Assembly (NCBI GenBank): GCA_047967505.1
Contig: CM106538.1
Length of the DNA: 64,000 nt
Reading direction: 5' to 3' (one strand)
From: Dipteris shenzhenensis
Taxonomy: Eukaryota
Under the pieces are notes generated by a model. The model was not told the origin of the DNA and searched no databases. It was given only the letters and a program-made list of their open reading frames with translations. The translations under genes were made by a program, and so were the position numbers. Numbering within the stretch: position 1 is the stretch's first letter; each line of letters starts with the position of its first letter. Shown piece by piece: positions 1 through 13,630 of this stretch.

Positions 1-3000
1 GTGGACACCCTTAGCTTGCTACTTCCCATATGTTTCTTGCAAATGAAGAAATGAAAAATACAGATACAGTGTACCTAGACATGGATTGCAATCGAAAAGA
101 GGAATTTAACTATCAAGTCGACCAAGCAAAACCAGATCCTTGGTATATTGATAGCGGTGCATCATCTCACATGACAAATCATCAGGAATGGTTCATAGAG
201 ATGAAACCATTATAATTTCAGAAGAATGTCATCTACACAGCTGATAATACACCAAATCCAGTTCAAGGGACAAGCATTATCCCTATGAACAATTTCAAAG
301 GTACAAAAGGATTGGTGAAAGATGTACTCTACGTTCTGAAGCCCAACAAGAACCTTTTGTCAATAGGTCAAATGACGGAACACAACTACAGAGTCATCTT
401 CGATGGAGATGAATGCACTATCAGAGATAAATCTAGAAAATTTCAACTAGTAGGAAAAGGTATCAAGGAAGGACGCTTGTACATAATGCTAGCTATAGTA
501 CCAGACTTGCATGCCATGTCAGCTCAACCACAACTGATGCCACTATTTGTAGAATGGCACAAGAGATATGGTCATGTTAATTTCAAGTACTTGTTAGATC
601 TCAAGAATCACAATAGATCACAATATGGTAATCAGGATTCCTAAGCTATAGTTTCTTGAAAAAGTTTGCAAAGCATGTTGCTTCGGAAAACAAAAGCGAA
701 CAAACTTTGGTAGAAACACCTCTCGAGCAAGAGGTATTCTTGATTTGATACACACAGATGTATAGGGTTATGCCCAGACCCGCAGCATCAATGGTTCACT
801 TTACTAGACTTTCATGGATGACTATAGCAGATATTGTTGGGTCTACTTTCTGAAAGAGAAGTATAAAGTCTTTTCCAAATTTCAAGAATTCAAAGCCATG
901 GTAGAAACTTAGACAGGCACAAAGATTAAAGTCATGAGATTGGATAGAGGAGGTGAATACATGTCTTCAGCATTCATGAAATTTTGCAGAAGTCACGGCA
1001 TTAGAAGACAATTCACTTGTGCAGATACTCCTCAACAGGATGCAAGAGCTGAAAGGAAGATGTTACTTTAGCAGACAGTGCCAGAGCAATGCTTAGTGAG
1101 AAGCATCTTCCGAATCAGTCTTGGCTAGAAGCAATAGCCACAACAAACTACTTGCTTAATAGGTGAGCCGATACAGAGGGTATGACACCTTATGAAGCAT
1201 TCACTGGACATAAGCCACACATTGGGCATCTCCGCATATTTGGTTGCATAGCATATGCCCACATACATGGTGATCATTGCAAGAAATTGGATGCGAAGTC
1301 ATGCAAATGCATCATGGTTGGGTACAGTGAAGAAAGCAAAGCATACAAGTTGTTTGATCCCCATCAACCGAAAGGTCATTATCTCTAGAGATGTAATCTT
1401 TGATGAGGAATCAGAATGGAAAACCTCAAATACATAGGAGATAGAAGCATCGACTTCAAAGTCATCTATAGAAAAGGTTGATGAAGAAGAGTTAGAATTG
1501 CCAGAAACACCCCAAGCAGAGCCACAGCAGCTCAGATGGTCTACTAGGGAATGCAGACCACCAGCCAGATTGACATGTGCTCAGAAAGGTAAAGTAATAT
1601 AGGTTGAAACCACCAACTATGCTCTTATGACTACCATCATGGCTATAGAAGAGCCAGTGTACTTCGAAGATGCAGTAGACAAGCCAGAATGGCAAACTTC
1701 TATGAATGAAGAAATAAATGATTTGTATAAAAGTAATACTTGGGAATTATGTGACCTTCCACCAGGAAAGAAGGCCATAGCAAACAAATGGGTATATAAA
1801 GTGAAGTACAACCCAGATGGAATTATTCAAAGATACAAAGCCAGATTAGTTGCAAAAGGATTTGCACAACAATATGGTCAGGACTATGATGAGACTTATG
1901 CTCCAGTAACAAATATGGATTCCATACGGTTCTTGATATCACTAGTGAACTCAGTAGATGGAATGTGTACCAACTCGATGTCAAGAATGCATTTCTCAAT
2001 GGTTACTTAGACAAGGAAGTCTACATGCAACAACCAATAGGTTATGTTGAACCAGGAAAGGAGAATAAGGTTTGCCATCTTAAGAAAAGTCTCTACGGCT
2101 TAAAGCAAGAACCCAAAGTTGGTACAGCAAAATCGACAGGTATTTTGCTGATCTGGGATATGTGAAGTCCAATGTAGATCATACTTTCTACTACAAAGTT
2201 CAAGGGGAAGACATTACTATTGCACTTTTGTACATAGATGATCTGATTGTGACGAGTTCGACATGAAACATCTTGGACTTATGCACTATTGCCTTGGAAT
2301 TAGTTATGGAGAAATTCAGACAGCATCTTTATGAGTCATCTCAAGTATGTTGACAGTCTCTTAAAGAAGTCTCATATGGCAGATTGCAAGATTGCAGCTA
2401 CTCCCATGGAACAGAGTTTGAAACTTACTAAAGATTCAAAAAATCCTATAATCAATGACAGGTATTACAGGAAGCTCATTGGATCTCTTATATATCTGAC
2501 TATCACATGAACAGATGTTTGTTATGCAGTAAGTTCACTAGCACAGTTTATGGCAAATCCAAAACAGTCTCATTGGAATGCAACCAAAAGAGTCTTGCTT
2601 TACATTAGAGGTTCAAGACTGTTTGGAATAGAATATAGAGGAAGTCATCCACGGTTGCATGGATACTGTGATAGTGACTATGCCGGAGATCATGAGACCA
2701 GGAGATCGACACAGGGATATGCATTTTTCCTTGGTCAAGGTGCTATATCATGGTCGTCAAACAAACAACCAACTATTTCTTTGTCTTCGACTGAAGCATA
2801 ATATAGAGCACTCCCTACAAGTGCATGTGAGGCTATATGTCTCAGAAGACTCGTGTCAAAAACAGATTACTTTGATGAGTCAAAGCCAACAACAATATAT
2901 TGTGATAATCAATCGGCTCAAGCATTGCCCAAGAATTCAGTATACCACTCCAAGATAAAGCACATTGATGTCAGAGAGCACTTCATCAAAGAAAGAGTGT

Positions 3001-3478
3001 TGCTTGGTGACATCACACAGCAGCATTGTGATAGCAAAGAGAATGTTGCAAACATCTTTACCAAACCACTCGATAAAGAGCTTTTAGAGAAACACCGACT
3101 AGCTCTTGGTTTGATGCAAAGGAAGGACATTCCCATTAAAGGGGTGTGATGGAATGTAATGCTTAGTTTTCTTTGATTCCCCAGAATCATCATCTTGAGG
3201 AAAGGCCTACTTCATGATGTTGATCTTGAGGGAAGGTGTTGAGAGATCACGCTCAACATCATGTGATCATATGTGCATAGCACTAACCCAATAGAGTGCT
3301 TTAAAGGAAAGGGTTAGATGCCCTAACCCTAACCCTAACCCTAACCCTAAATGGCTTTGTATATATTCTACATTTTCAACTAAATCTAGTGTACAATTAG
3401 TCATTTGTGGTGTGCTCTCTAGTTGTGCCCTCTCTCCTCATCTCCACTCTTCTCCTCTCCCCTCTTCATATTTTGTCA
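1..3478 (+). mobile_element. Degenerate Ty1/copia LTR retrotransposon: 3' part (protease, GAG-pre-integrase, integrase, RT, RNase H) plus 3' LTR
   Basis: WYIDSGASSHMT (protease), WHKRYGH (GAG-pre-integrase), HLRIFGC/KKLDAKS (integrase C-term), [11 protein letters not shown] and QLDVKNAFLNG (RT), GYCDSDYAGD, IYCDNQSA and KHIDVREHF (RNase H), in copia order with many stops and frameshifts. PPT aaagggg at about 3138-3144. Confidence 0.95.
3147..3478 (+). repeat. 3' LTR (TGA...TCA) containing (CCCTAA)5
   Basis: Follows the PPT. Its last ~245 bp closely match 61615-61875, which is followed by a tRNA-iMet PBS, so this end point is well defined. Confidence 0.85.
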
Positions 3479-3866
3479 AATCCTAGGCAGCACCAGTGCA
3501 AGGAGCCTATCTTTTCTCTCTTTTAAAAAACATACAGTATAACGAATAACAAAGAGAGGGATGCAACATAATCTCATCATATATCATAACAAATATCCAA
3601 GAGGGGTTACAACGAATGTCCAAGAGAGGGTTCCCTCTCATACACCAAAAACTGTAGCCCTAATTCTCCAAATCGGAGTACCTTATAAATTGTAAAGATA
3701 TTCTTCATCGTTTCTTCGATGAAGTGCTACCCTCCCCTTTGTCATCTCTCTTCTTCTTCTTATCCTTCACCTCTTTTTTCTTTGCTCCTTAGCCGTAATA
3801 TTGATTGTACAGCTCCTCCAAGTATGCTACCATAGCTTTTTCACTAGGGGCCATGGAGAGTAGCAT

Positions 3867-3869
3867 AGA

Positions 3870-3926
<57 letters not shown>
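3867..3926. repeat. (AG)n microsatellite
   Basis: Read directly from the sequence. Confidence 0.95.
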
Positions 3927-3929
<3 letters not shown>

Positions 3930-4786
3930 AGAGAAGGGAGTGACTAGCAGTGAGCAATGAGAAGGAAGCGATGAGAGAGCGACTAGAAGTAGTAGAGTGG
4001 AAGGAGTGGAAGGAGGGGAATGACAAGACGGGAGTGGTGTGAGACAAAGAAGAGAGGAGGGGAGACTTTAAAGATTGTGGGAGGATGAATCGGAGAAGGG
4101 AAAGGCAAAGAATTAAACTTTCAAAAGTTGAGGAGGATAAAGCGAATAGGGAGATAGGGGACGTGATTGGCACAGATTATGGAATAAAGGTGAGTGGATG
4201 CAATAAAGTTTCCTAGAATTATCTTTTCAGAATATATTGGCTTGTATGGTATATATATTTTGTTGAGAATAGAAGTGAATGTGAATGTAGCGATGCAGAG
4301 GGAGCGAGATTCTTCTCTCTACTGTCCCAGAGGACCTCACATATTCCCTCTCCTACACCCCTCAGTGGTAGATCAGGGCCATTGATGACTTTACCTACTT
4401 GACAACCATCCCGTGTAGCCCCTTTCATCACCTAGGCATACCCATCGTAGGTCCAGGAAGAGTAGTAACAGTCCAGGCTATTGTGGTGGGGGTCGAGGGA
4501 TGTAGACGAGTCTGCACACTCACATCCCTACAGGTCTCCACTTCATCATGAGACACAGTACCAGTCATGTCCCTTGCCCTCTCCACTCATAGGCCATGAC
4601 ACCCCAGATCCCACTCCCTCCCTTACTCCTCACTCCTTAAGCACTCACACCACCCCTCGCTCTAACTATGCTACTCCATCCATCGTGAATCCTTCGGACT
4701 TTGTTTTGCCTGAGGACCTTTCCTACAGAGTGAACAGCATTGGGGTGGTTATATAGGATGAGGACGCGAAGGCAATCACCAAATAC

Positions 4787-7700
4787 ATGAGGAGGTTGGT
4801 GAGCAACCACTTCCCCAATGATATATTCAAACCTTGGAAACAACAAGACAAAAGAATCAAGGAAGCCTACATGGAAGCCCTCAAGAAACAATTTCCAAAT
4901 CCTAAAGGGTTTGAGTTTGAAACAAATACCATGCTTACTCGCATGGGAGAGCTCCTTAGGTCTCATAGATACGAACTAAGGGATGTTGTAATCAAAGGTA
5001 AGCACAAGTCAGGGTGGGCAAACCCGAAGTATTGGAAGAAAGTGAAGAAGTCTTATAGGGACACTCCAGATGCATTTGAGCCTCAGCAGAGGGCAACGAG
5101 GATATTCCTGGAGACCGTAGGTCCTTCGTACCTCAGGAGCGGTGGTAGACTCGGCTACGAGGCCATGGGTGGTAAGTATATATTTATCTTCTATTGAATT
5201 TATAATATGTTCAATCGTTCAAATGTCTTGTCATTCATGTCTAACTAATTGATTTTGGATCCATAGGAATCTGTGATTGGAAGGCCTCCAAACGATGAGG
5301 AGTACAGAAGGGTCTTTAGGATTGGAGCCAGAGCATGGTTTAAGGAGAAGGAGAGAGAAGGAGTCCACATCGATTGGGAAAGGGTGGCAGCACATCATGT
5401 GAGTATACCCTATTCCTCTTCATTATCGTTTGACTATCACCATTGCCTTACAATCAATGCTCTTAGTTTTCCTAACTTGTTTCATTCTTAGGGAGGCACG
5501 TTCAACCCATCCAGAGATCCGGATGGAGAGATGGGATCTGAGGAAGAAGCGACTAGGTATGCAACAAAGGAGGATGAGGGATCGGGCACATGTAGAGAGA
5601 CCGAGGGTGATGAGAAAACATGTGTGCCTCAGGATCTATGGAGCACTCTAAGGTGGATGGAACCTATGTGGAAACATGATGAAGAGAGTGCTCATGACAT
5701 GTATCTCAAGTCAATTAGGTTCCAAGATAGATTAGCTTGGACTCATAAAGAGAATCTTGAGATAGTGCAAAGTGCTTGATTGATATTCCTTCAAATGAAC
5801 CTCCCTTTTATAGGTGAGGGTACTTACATCCATTTGCTTGCTCACATGTGGGATATCTCCTCCATGCCATGTGGCAGCTTTCCCTTTGCTCATACCTTTG
5901 ATCTACATGTGCTCATGGCACCACAACTCTCAACACCTCCCCTTGGTGCCATAATCCTTTGACTACTGCAAGGTGGTCAGATGTGAGTTACATTCCATCA
6001 CCTCCCCTTAGTGCATGCATTGCTACTTAAGGTGGTCAAGTGTGGATTTTACATGTCAATACCTCCCCTGGGTGCTTTCATAGCTACTCTCAGGTGGTCA
6101 GGCTTGATTTACAAAACATAGGCAAGGTTGGCAAGGTTTTTGCTTTTCAATACATTCCATTGATGTCACCTTCTGGCTCATGGCTTGATGACGATGACGT
6201 TTGCTTCTTTGCTTGACATAGCTTCATGCATGATGCTTTGTTCTTCCATGTGCCTTGATGCTTTGTGTGTGGATGCCATGTTTTGGGCTATGGTCATCTC
6301 ATACACTTGTGCTTTCGGCTTGCTTTTACATCGATGTTTGCATTCATGCTTTGCTTTTTCCAATGGTTGCAAAGGTCTTACCAATTGAATTCTTTCAATA
6401 TTGGCAGTGTCTAATTGCATACAATGATTCTGACCTGACAAGTGCGTAGAGCTCGGAAAGGCAATCACTTTTCCTTTTTGGAGCATGTACAAATTCTTCT
6501 TGGATTGGAAGTTACGGCTTGTTGAAGATTTATGAAGAAGAGGGCCTTTGATGATGTGGCACAGGGATTCACATGCTGAATTCCATACTGTGCTTAGCAA
6601 GAGGCTGTGTGCTTAGAAGGCACTGTGGTGACCTTTGAACCCAACTTGGTTAAACCCAAGGTTTACACAAACTTTACCATAGTTCAACTAACCCAAGTAG
6701 GTGAACCTAACCATAGTTAATTTGATCACCTTATCTGCCATGTGGCAAAAGGAGGTTTAGAGAGAGAAGCTGGCTGGCTTCTTCATAGTGGAGGTGACGA
6801 CGGAGTCGTTCTACACCCTCGCTCTGTGTGTTGAAGCTATCGTTGAGGCCGTCGTCGGGCGTGATTGAAGCTATCGTAGGGAGCCTTCAATGGAGCGAGG
6901 AGTTTGATGCTTGTTCGATGAAGGCGTTGGCTTTTGGAGCAGTCCGATGCAGAGAGCCTTCCCAATGCTGCCTCAGCTCTAGCCGTTGCACTTGCTGCAG
7001 GAGATCGCTATGAGGAGGCTGTAGTTGGTCATTGTGGACGTTGAGCTAGGCTGAGCCGCCTTGGAAGCTGTCTCGCATCGACTGAGCGTCTGTGTCTCAC
7101 TTTGGAACGTTGTGGCTGAAGGCTACCTTTGGAGGAAGCTGCGCTTGAGCCGCCTTTCCCATTGGAGGTGTTGCATGGAGTGCCTTGTGGGCGACAAGGA
7201 GCCTAAGTAGCTGAGTGAGCAGCTCCCCTGCGAGGTCGTAGGCTCTGCTGGTATGAGCTGTGGTGCACTGCTTGTTGGAGGTCACTCAGAGGCGCTTCTT
7301 TGGCTGTTGGAGAGCATTAAGGATGGTCGGTCAGTAGCACGCTATGGAAGGGCCCTTGCTGGAAGAAGTTAATTGTTAGCCTAGCTCGTAGCTAGCTCCC
7401 TGCTCAACATGCAACGCCTCTAGCTATATGAGCAGTCAGCAAGCAATTGCGGGTGTTATGGGCTGCGGCTTACGGAACAGACTAGTTGGAGCAGACTAGA
7501 TGTGAACAGTCGAGCCTTGAAGGAGCTTGTAGGAGCGGCTTGCAAGATGTAGAAAGCCAGTTACAGAGTGCTTTGCGGGAGGCTGATGCAGCTAAGGTTG
7601 CTGAAGTTGCTGCAATTGATGGTGTTAAGTCCTTATCTGTGAAGATGCATGCCACGAGAGCTTCAGAGGTATTACAGGTAGAAGGTAAATGGGCCGTGGT

Positions 7701-8464
7701 GCTAGAGTCGCGTGGTTTGGGAGGCCTTTCTCTTGCATATAGTTGCACAGTTTCCTATGTTGCATTTGTGCTCTCTGTTTCTCTCACAAAACCTTTGAAA
7801 ACGTTCCCTATCTCACTCTCTCTTACAATAAGGAGAATATAGATGCTCTCTCAATCATTATTCTATCAAAGAAATGAAGGAGCATATCTCTCTCTCTCTC
7901 ACGTGAACGGAAATATGTTCTCAATCTAAAACTAAAACTAACCTAGGAGAAAAACATGAGCTCCTAAGGCATGCCTACAACTAATCTAGGAATGGGAGCA
8001 ATCCTAGTGAACTACTAATGAGCTAAACTAGGAGAGCTAAACCTATGCTCTGATACCATGAGAAAACATGTGTGCCTCAGGATCTATGGAGCACTCTAAG
8101 GTGGATGGAACCTATGTGGAAACATGATGAAGAGAGTGCTCATGACATGTATCTCAAGTCAATTAGGTTCCAAGATAGATTAGCTTGGACTCATAAAGAG
8201 AATCTTGAGATAGTGCAAAGTGCTTGATTGATATTCCTTCAAATGAACCTCCCTTTTATAGGTGAGGGTACTTACATCCATTTGCTTGCTCACATGTGGG
8301 ATATCTCCTCCATGCCATGTGGCAGCTTTCCCTTTGCTCATACCTTTGCTCTACATGTGCTCATGGCACCACAACTCTCAACAGGTGAGGAGGGGGACGA
8401 GGAGGCCGCACACAAACTAGAGACCGAGGGCGAGGAGAGGGAGGACGACGAGGAGGAGCAATAG
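4787..8464 (+). pseudogene. Spliced TE accessory gene resembling CACTA/En-Spm TnpA-type (Ptta/Transposase_24-like) proteins, interrupted by an LTR element
   Basis: ORF 4787-5197 (FKPWKQQD...LRSHRYELR...PKYWKKV...SYLRSGG). GT-AG introns at about 5172-5267 and 5399-5491. The acidic C-terminus continues at 8389-8464 after the insertion. Family call is by motif resemblance only. Confidence 0.5.
5611..8383 (-). mobile_element. Young non-autonomous LTR retrotransposon (2773 bp) with 325-bp LTRs at 5611-5935 and 8059-8383
   Basis: TG...CA LTRs with one visible mismatch. 5-bp TSD GGTGA (5606-5610, 8384-8388). Reverse-complement tRNA-iMet PBS gctctgatacca at 8047-8058. Reverse-complement PPT cctccccct right after 5935. 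No RT or integrase motifs inside. Confidence 0.95.
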
Positions 8465-8928
8465 TAGGATAGGACAATATTTAGTGGTTCAATATTTTGG
8501 CACTTTTGCCATTTTGTGAGGCCCGTGTCTTGTAGTGATAGACTAGATATGAGAATGGTGAGATTCTATGAAAATGGGCTAGGGGACAACCAATTTTTTT
8601 GGCATTCTTTTTTGTACAACAACCCATGGTTGTCTGATTTGTATGGTTGGTTTTTCAAACATAAATAGAAAGTTATTTTCTCTATAAAATATATGCATGT
8701 GTGTATGCCCGTGCTCATACCAATCTTGTTACCATCAAAACACACAAACAGTGGCATGCAATACACACAGACACACACACACACACACACACATGATTAC
8801 CATGCACATGCACATGGATATCATGCATATTATTACCACACACACATGCAAGTATATATCACGCATATTATTACCACAGTGCACACATGCATGTGTATGT
8901 CGTGTGTTGCACCAATCTTGTTACCATC

Positions 8929-8929
<1 letters not shown>

Positions 8930-8995
<66 letters not shown>

Positions 8996-9022
8996 TTGAA
9001 TGTGTGTGTGTGTGTGTGTGTG
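8930..9022. repeat. (AC)n followed by (TG)n microsatellite (foldback-capable)
   Basis: About 30 AC units, a short spacer, then about 11 TG units. Confidence 0.9.
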
Positions 9023-9891
9023 CGTGCGTGCACATTTTTCCTCACTAACTACCTACATGCCAAACTTCAATTAAGGATGAATTTCCTTTTAAAAAATAAT
9101 GCCTAAGCGAACAGAAATAAAACCATATGCTATTTCCCTTCGACAATAATCATAAATGAAATTTATCCATCCTTATTGATCCCACCTAGGAAATCTTTGA
9201 AATATGGTCTAGCAACTAGGATGGAGGGCTATAGTGACTTGGTAATGATGTGTAGCCAAAAGAATTCCACACCCATGAAAGCTTGGCATTGTGTCTCTTT
9301 AAAAAAACATGAAAAAAACTTAGCTCTTTTAAACCTTATTTGAAATTTAGGCTTTTGAATATTTGTTTCTTATGTTGGAAACGATTTTGCAATCTATGTA
9401 CCTCAATCTTAAGTCGAAAATGGAGTGCAAGAGAGTAAGTTTGCTCTCGCAGACTTGTGTAGTCTCCGCTCGAGTGATAAGTGAAGTGGAATCTCTAGCT
9501 TTATAAGTTATTGCAAAGCATCAAGCAATTGCTTATCTTGGAAAAATAATTTGACCCTCAATCATGGTAAATCCAAACCGCATAGAGGGCATCTTATGTG
9601 CACAAGCCTCATAGAAATGATAAAACAAATGCAATAGATTACTCCTTGTACAAATGTAATAGATCACTTTTTTTTCTCGCCACCTCAACTAATATTTTGA
9701 AAGAGCACTCGTGACGATACCTTGGTCATATTTTGTGGGTTGCGCGAACAATGTGCAAGTAAGGTAGTGGTATCCCTTTCAGTAGTGCCTAGTGTCCCTC
9801 TCTCAGCGCTCTCTGGTTGTAACCTCGCCGTTCATGGGGTGGCGCCCTTGATATGAAGCAATGCTTGGATGCACGAGCATATGCTTGTTTG

Positions 9892-9899
9892 CATGCATG
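9892..9899. promoter_or_regulatory. RY/Sph element CATGCATG upstream of the LEA-like gene
   Basis: Exact RY consensus about 180 bp upstream of the ATG at 10077. RY is the established ABI3/B3 target; function here is untested. Confidence 0.4.
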
Positions 9900-10076
9900 G
9901 GCAGAAGAGGTGAGGAGTCGCCACATAGAGGCCAAGTGTCATGAGCAACCCCTCACTCACTCCCTTACAAAAGCACCCTCATTCTTCTCAACCTTCATCG
10001 CTTACTCGAGTCCTTAGCCCAGTACTAGCTTCAAGCTCAAGCTCCAGCTCTGGCTCAATCGCCCATAACTCCATCA

Positions 10077-11313
10077 ATGGCTTCTTCTACCCTCTCTTCC
10101 CCTTCCATCGTCTACCCCTCCTTTTCCTTCTCATCTTCCTCCTTCCTGGCGTCCCCCTTCCCCCTCGCTCCCCTCCATTGCCACACCTCTCCTAAAACTA
10201 GGCTTGTTTCAGCTAAATGCAGCCTTTCAGAGGTACTGGAATCCTCGCAAGCACCTCTCCTCATCCTTGCCCACGGTGTTCCTCTGAGAACGTCGTCTTG
10301 CATTGTTGTAACCATTTAGACAGTACTCTTGTGCTCAGCGTACTGCGGAATGTACTGGTGTTAGTGGCGGCAATCTGAAGAGTGCTCGTTGGCTGCAGGA
10401 TCAAACGTCTCGTAAAGCTACTCCTCGGCGTGAAATCTTGGCGGGTCTCGTGGCCACTGGTGCCGCCTTAGCTGTCTTCTCGAATGTCGCCTTGGCAGCT
10501 TCAGGACCTGGCACTTCTGGAGCCGAACAAACAGCCCAAAAGGCTGATGAGCTTTTGAAAGCGGCTGACAAGTTAAACATAGAGGAAGCACCCAGAAGAT
10601 ACGGCCCAGGAATCCCAGGGGCTGCCAAAGATCCCACCAAGAGTTCCCAGAAGTAATGCTCTGAAATTGTTTGCACTTAATTTCTGTGTGCGCACGCCGC
10701 ACAAATCCGAGCGATATGCCGTACGCAGATCGATTCTTTATTCTTATTTGTAACACCATGCATTCCCTCGTTGTCTCAGGGCAGGAAGTGGAGCTATTGA
10801 GAGTTTGCAACAAGGAACTGCTAATGTGCAGCAAAGTGCAAAGGGCGCTGCAAGAAAAGCCGAGGGCAAGAAAAGCGAGGCAGAGAGTGCCGCAAAAGAT
10901 ATTGTGGGTCAAGCAGAGAGTAAAGTCAATAGCGGTGGAGTCTTCAGCTCTATTCAAGAGAGTATTCAGGTTGTAATGATCACTTCTAGTGTAGTATGTT
11001 CGCTTTCTTCTGTAGTAGTATGGGCTACGTGCTCTCTTTCGCCTTCTTCTGTAATAGTATGAATGTACGTGTTCAGAGTGCATTCTGGTTGTAGTGATGA
11101 ATGCTCATAGTGATGAATTCTAGTGCAGTGTTTTCTTCGTGTGTTTCATAGAACACAATGGACATGGGAAAAACGGCACAAATATGGGCATATAATGCGT
11201 TTAATCCGAACTTTGTATTGCAGGGCCTGAGAGAGAGCGTAGCACAGAAGGGTAATGAAACCAAAAGTGCAGTAGAAGGCGCTGTTTCCGACGTCCAGAA
11301 AAAGGTGCAGTGA
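10077..11313 (+). CDS. LEA-like hydrophilic protein with chloroplast transit peptide and Tat thylakoid-lumen signal, 229 aa; exons 10077-10232, 10399-10652, 10780-10969, 11224-11313
   Basis: All GT-AG introns keep frame. Ser-rich MASSTLSSP... transit peptide, then TPRREILAGLVATGAALAVFSNVALA (RR, hydrophobic core, AxA site). The mature part is A/K/E/Q/S-rich and amphipathic (AKGAARKAEGKKSEAESAAKD; ETKSAVEGAVSDVQKKVQ*). Confidence 0.85.
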
Positions 11314-11649
11314 AATTGTTAAGACAGCAATGGATCGAAGCTATCGTGCAGCACAAATGGATTGACACAGCGATGCTCCATTCTGTCGCTAGTGCCAATC
11401 GCAGCATAGAGGTCTGGACTCTTGTAGATTTTATTCGGAGTCTTGTTGTAGTGTGTATCATTACCTTTGTTTCGATTTTCTTATAGTGCTTTGGAAACCT
11501 TAAATGTATTTTTTATATGAGAATACGGAATTTTATTTTGAGTGTGGATGAAAGCATATATTAGCATATATTAAATATTAAAAGGTAGACGGATGTGAAG
11601 AGAAGTTGTGCTAGCAAAATCCTTTGAGAAGGTTTGTCTGAGTTGGTTT

Positions 11650-13630
11650 TGAAGAGATTAAAAACAATATTTCTTGAAGGAGACTTGGCTTTGGCAATTT
11701 CATTTTCTCTACAAGTAGATTGCTTTATCATAAAAATCTATAGAATAGCCACTTAGTTCACTTTCACAAGAGATTAAAAACAATATTTCTTGAAGGAGAC
11801 TTGGCTTTGGCAATTTCATTTTCTCTACAAGTAGATTGCTTTATCATAAAAACTATAGAATAGCCACTTAGTTCACTTTCACAAGTTTATCTCAGCGTGG
11901 TATTTGAAAAGGTTTATTTGAGGTGGTTTTTAAGAGATCAAAAAAAATATTTTTGGAGGAGACTTGGCTTTTGCAATATCATTTTCTCTACAAGCAGATT
12001 GCTTTATCATGGAAATCTATAGAATAGGCACTTGATTCACTTCACAAATTTATCTTAACATGGTTTTTAAGAGATTAAAAATAATTATTTCTAGAGGAGA
12101 CTTGGCTTTTGCAATTTCATTTTCTCTACAAGGAGAATGCTTTATCATAGCATTCTTATATCATAACAAACTTGATTCACTTCACAAATTTATCTTAGCA
12201 TGGTTTTTAAGAGATGAAAAAGAATATTTCTTAAGGAAACTTGTCTTTTGCACTTTTAATGAGCTTTTGCACTTTTATTGAGAGTGGGTTGTAAGAGATT
12301 AGAAATAGTATTTCTTAGGAAACTTGGCTTTTGCACTTTTTTTCAGTATAAGTAGAGCCCTATTCATAAAATTTATAGAATGGGCACTTCATTCCCTTTC
12401 ACATACATTAGATTTTCTTATTCATAGACATCCTTTGACCCTTGTAATTACCTAATAAAAGTGTTGAAAAAAAAATTGTAAAAATATTCCTCACAATCAC
12501 TCTCAATGTAATAAAATTATACATGTTTATCTATTATAGTTAAAACAACACATTTGTGACAAGAGCTTTCTACTTTATTTATTTCAACAAAATCTTAAAG
12601 ATATTCCTCACAATCACTCTCAATGTAATAATATTATACATGTTTAACTATTTATTAAACACATTTGTGACGAGAGCTTTCTACTTTATTTATAACTTAA
12701 ATAACAAGATATTTATGATCCATATGTTTCAAAATGTTCAAGTATTTTAACTTGGACTTATCTATCTAATCTCATTAAAAACATGCAAAATATAATCCCA
12801 TAAATGTGTTCAAATGTTTAAATAACCTTTTTCGTTCAATTTGAATGGTCGAATGACTATATTTGGACATGGCATAATCCTCTAAGACAGTTTATGCTAG
12901 CATGGTTTTTAAAATATTAAAAATAGTATTTCTTAAGGAAACTTGGCTTTTACACAAGATGTAATTATAAAAATCTATTGAATGGGCATTTACAATAAAT
13001 TTTCTTGTTCATAAACATCTTATGTACCAGGCTTGTAATTACCTAGCAATAGTGTTAGAAAACATTTCTTTTAAAAACATCCTTCATAATCATTCTCAAT
13101 GTATAATATCCCTCGCATATATAACTACTTATCAAACACATTTATATCAATATGACAAGAACTTTCTAGTGTATTTATAGCATAAAGAACAAAATATTTA
13201 TGGATATGTTTCAAAAAGTTGAAATAAGTATTAACTTGGAATTATCTATCTAATCTCATAAAACATTTCTTTAAAAAACATCCCTCACAATCACTCTCAA
13301 TGTATAATATCCCTTGCAATCACTCAATGTAACATCCCTCACAATCACTTTAAATACATAATAATATTATACATATATAACTACTTATTATAATAAAACA
13401 CATTTATATCAATATGACAAGAACTTTCTAGTGTATTTATAGCATAAAGAACAAAATATTTATGGATATGTTTCAAAAAGTTGAAATAAGTATTAACTTG
13501 GAATTATCTATCTAATCTCATAAAATACAATACATGTAAGAAAATGCAAGATTTCCCAAATAGAACCCCATAAACATGTTCAAATGGCCTTTTTTAGTCA
13601 ATTTGAGTGGTTGAATGACTATATTTGGAC
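11650..13630. repeat. AT-rich degenerate tandem and dispersed repeats (about 120-150 bp units aagagattaaaaacaatatttcttgaaggagacttggc..., and catccctcacaatcactctcaatgt... units)
   Basis: Multiple near-identical copies, e.g. about 11653, 11768, 11932, 12069; and about 12485, 12603, 13078, 13279. Confidence 0.8.

Noticed and set aside
3321-3351. Telomere or interstitial telomeric array
   Set aside because: Only five units, and they are part of an LTR.
3842-3850. CACTA terminal repeat (CACTAGGGG) for the TnpA-like gene
   Set aside because: No matching inverted end or 3-bp TSD found in the window.
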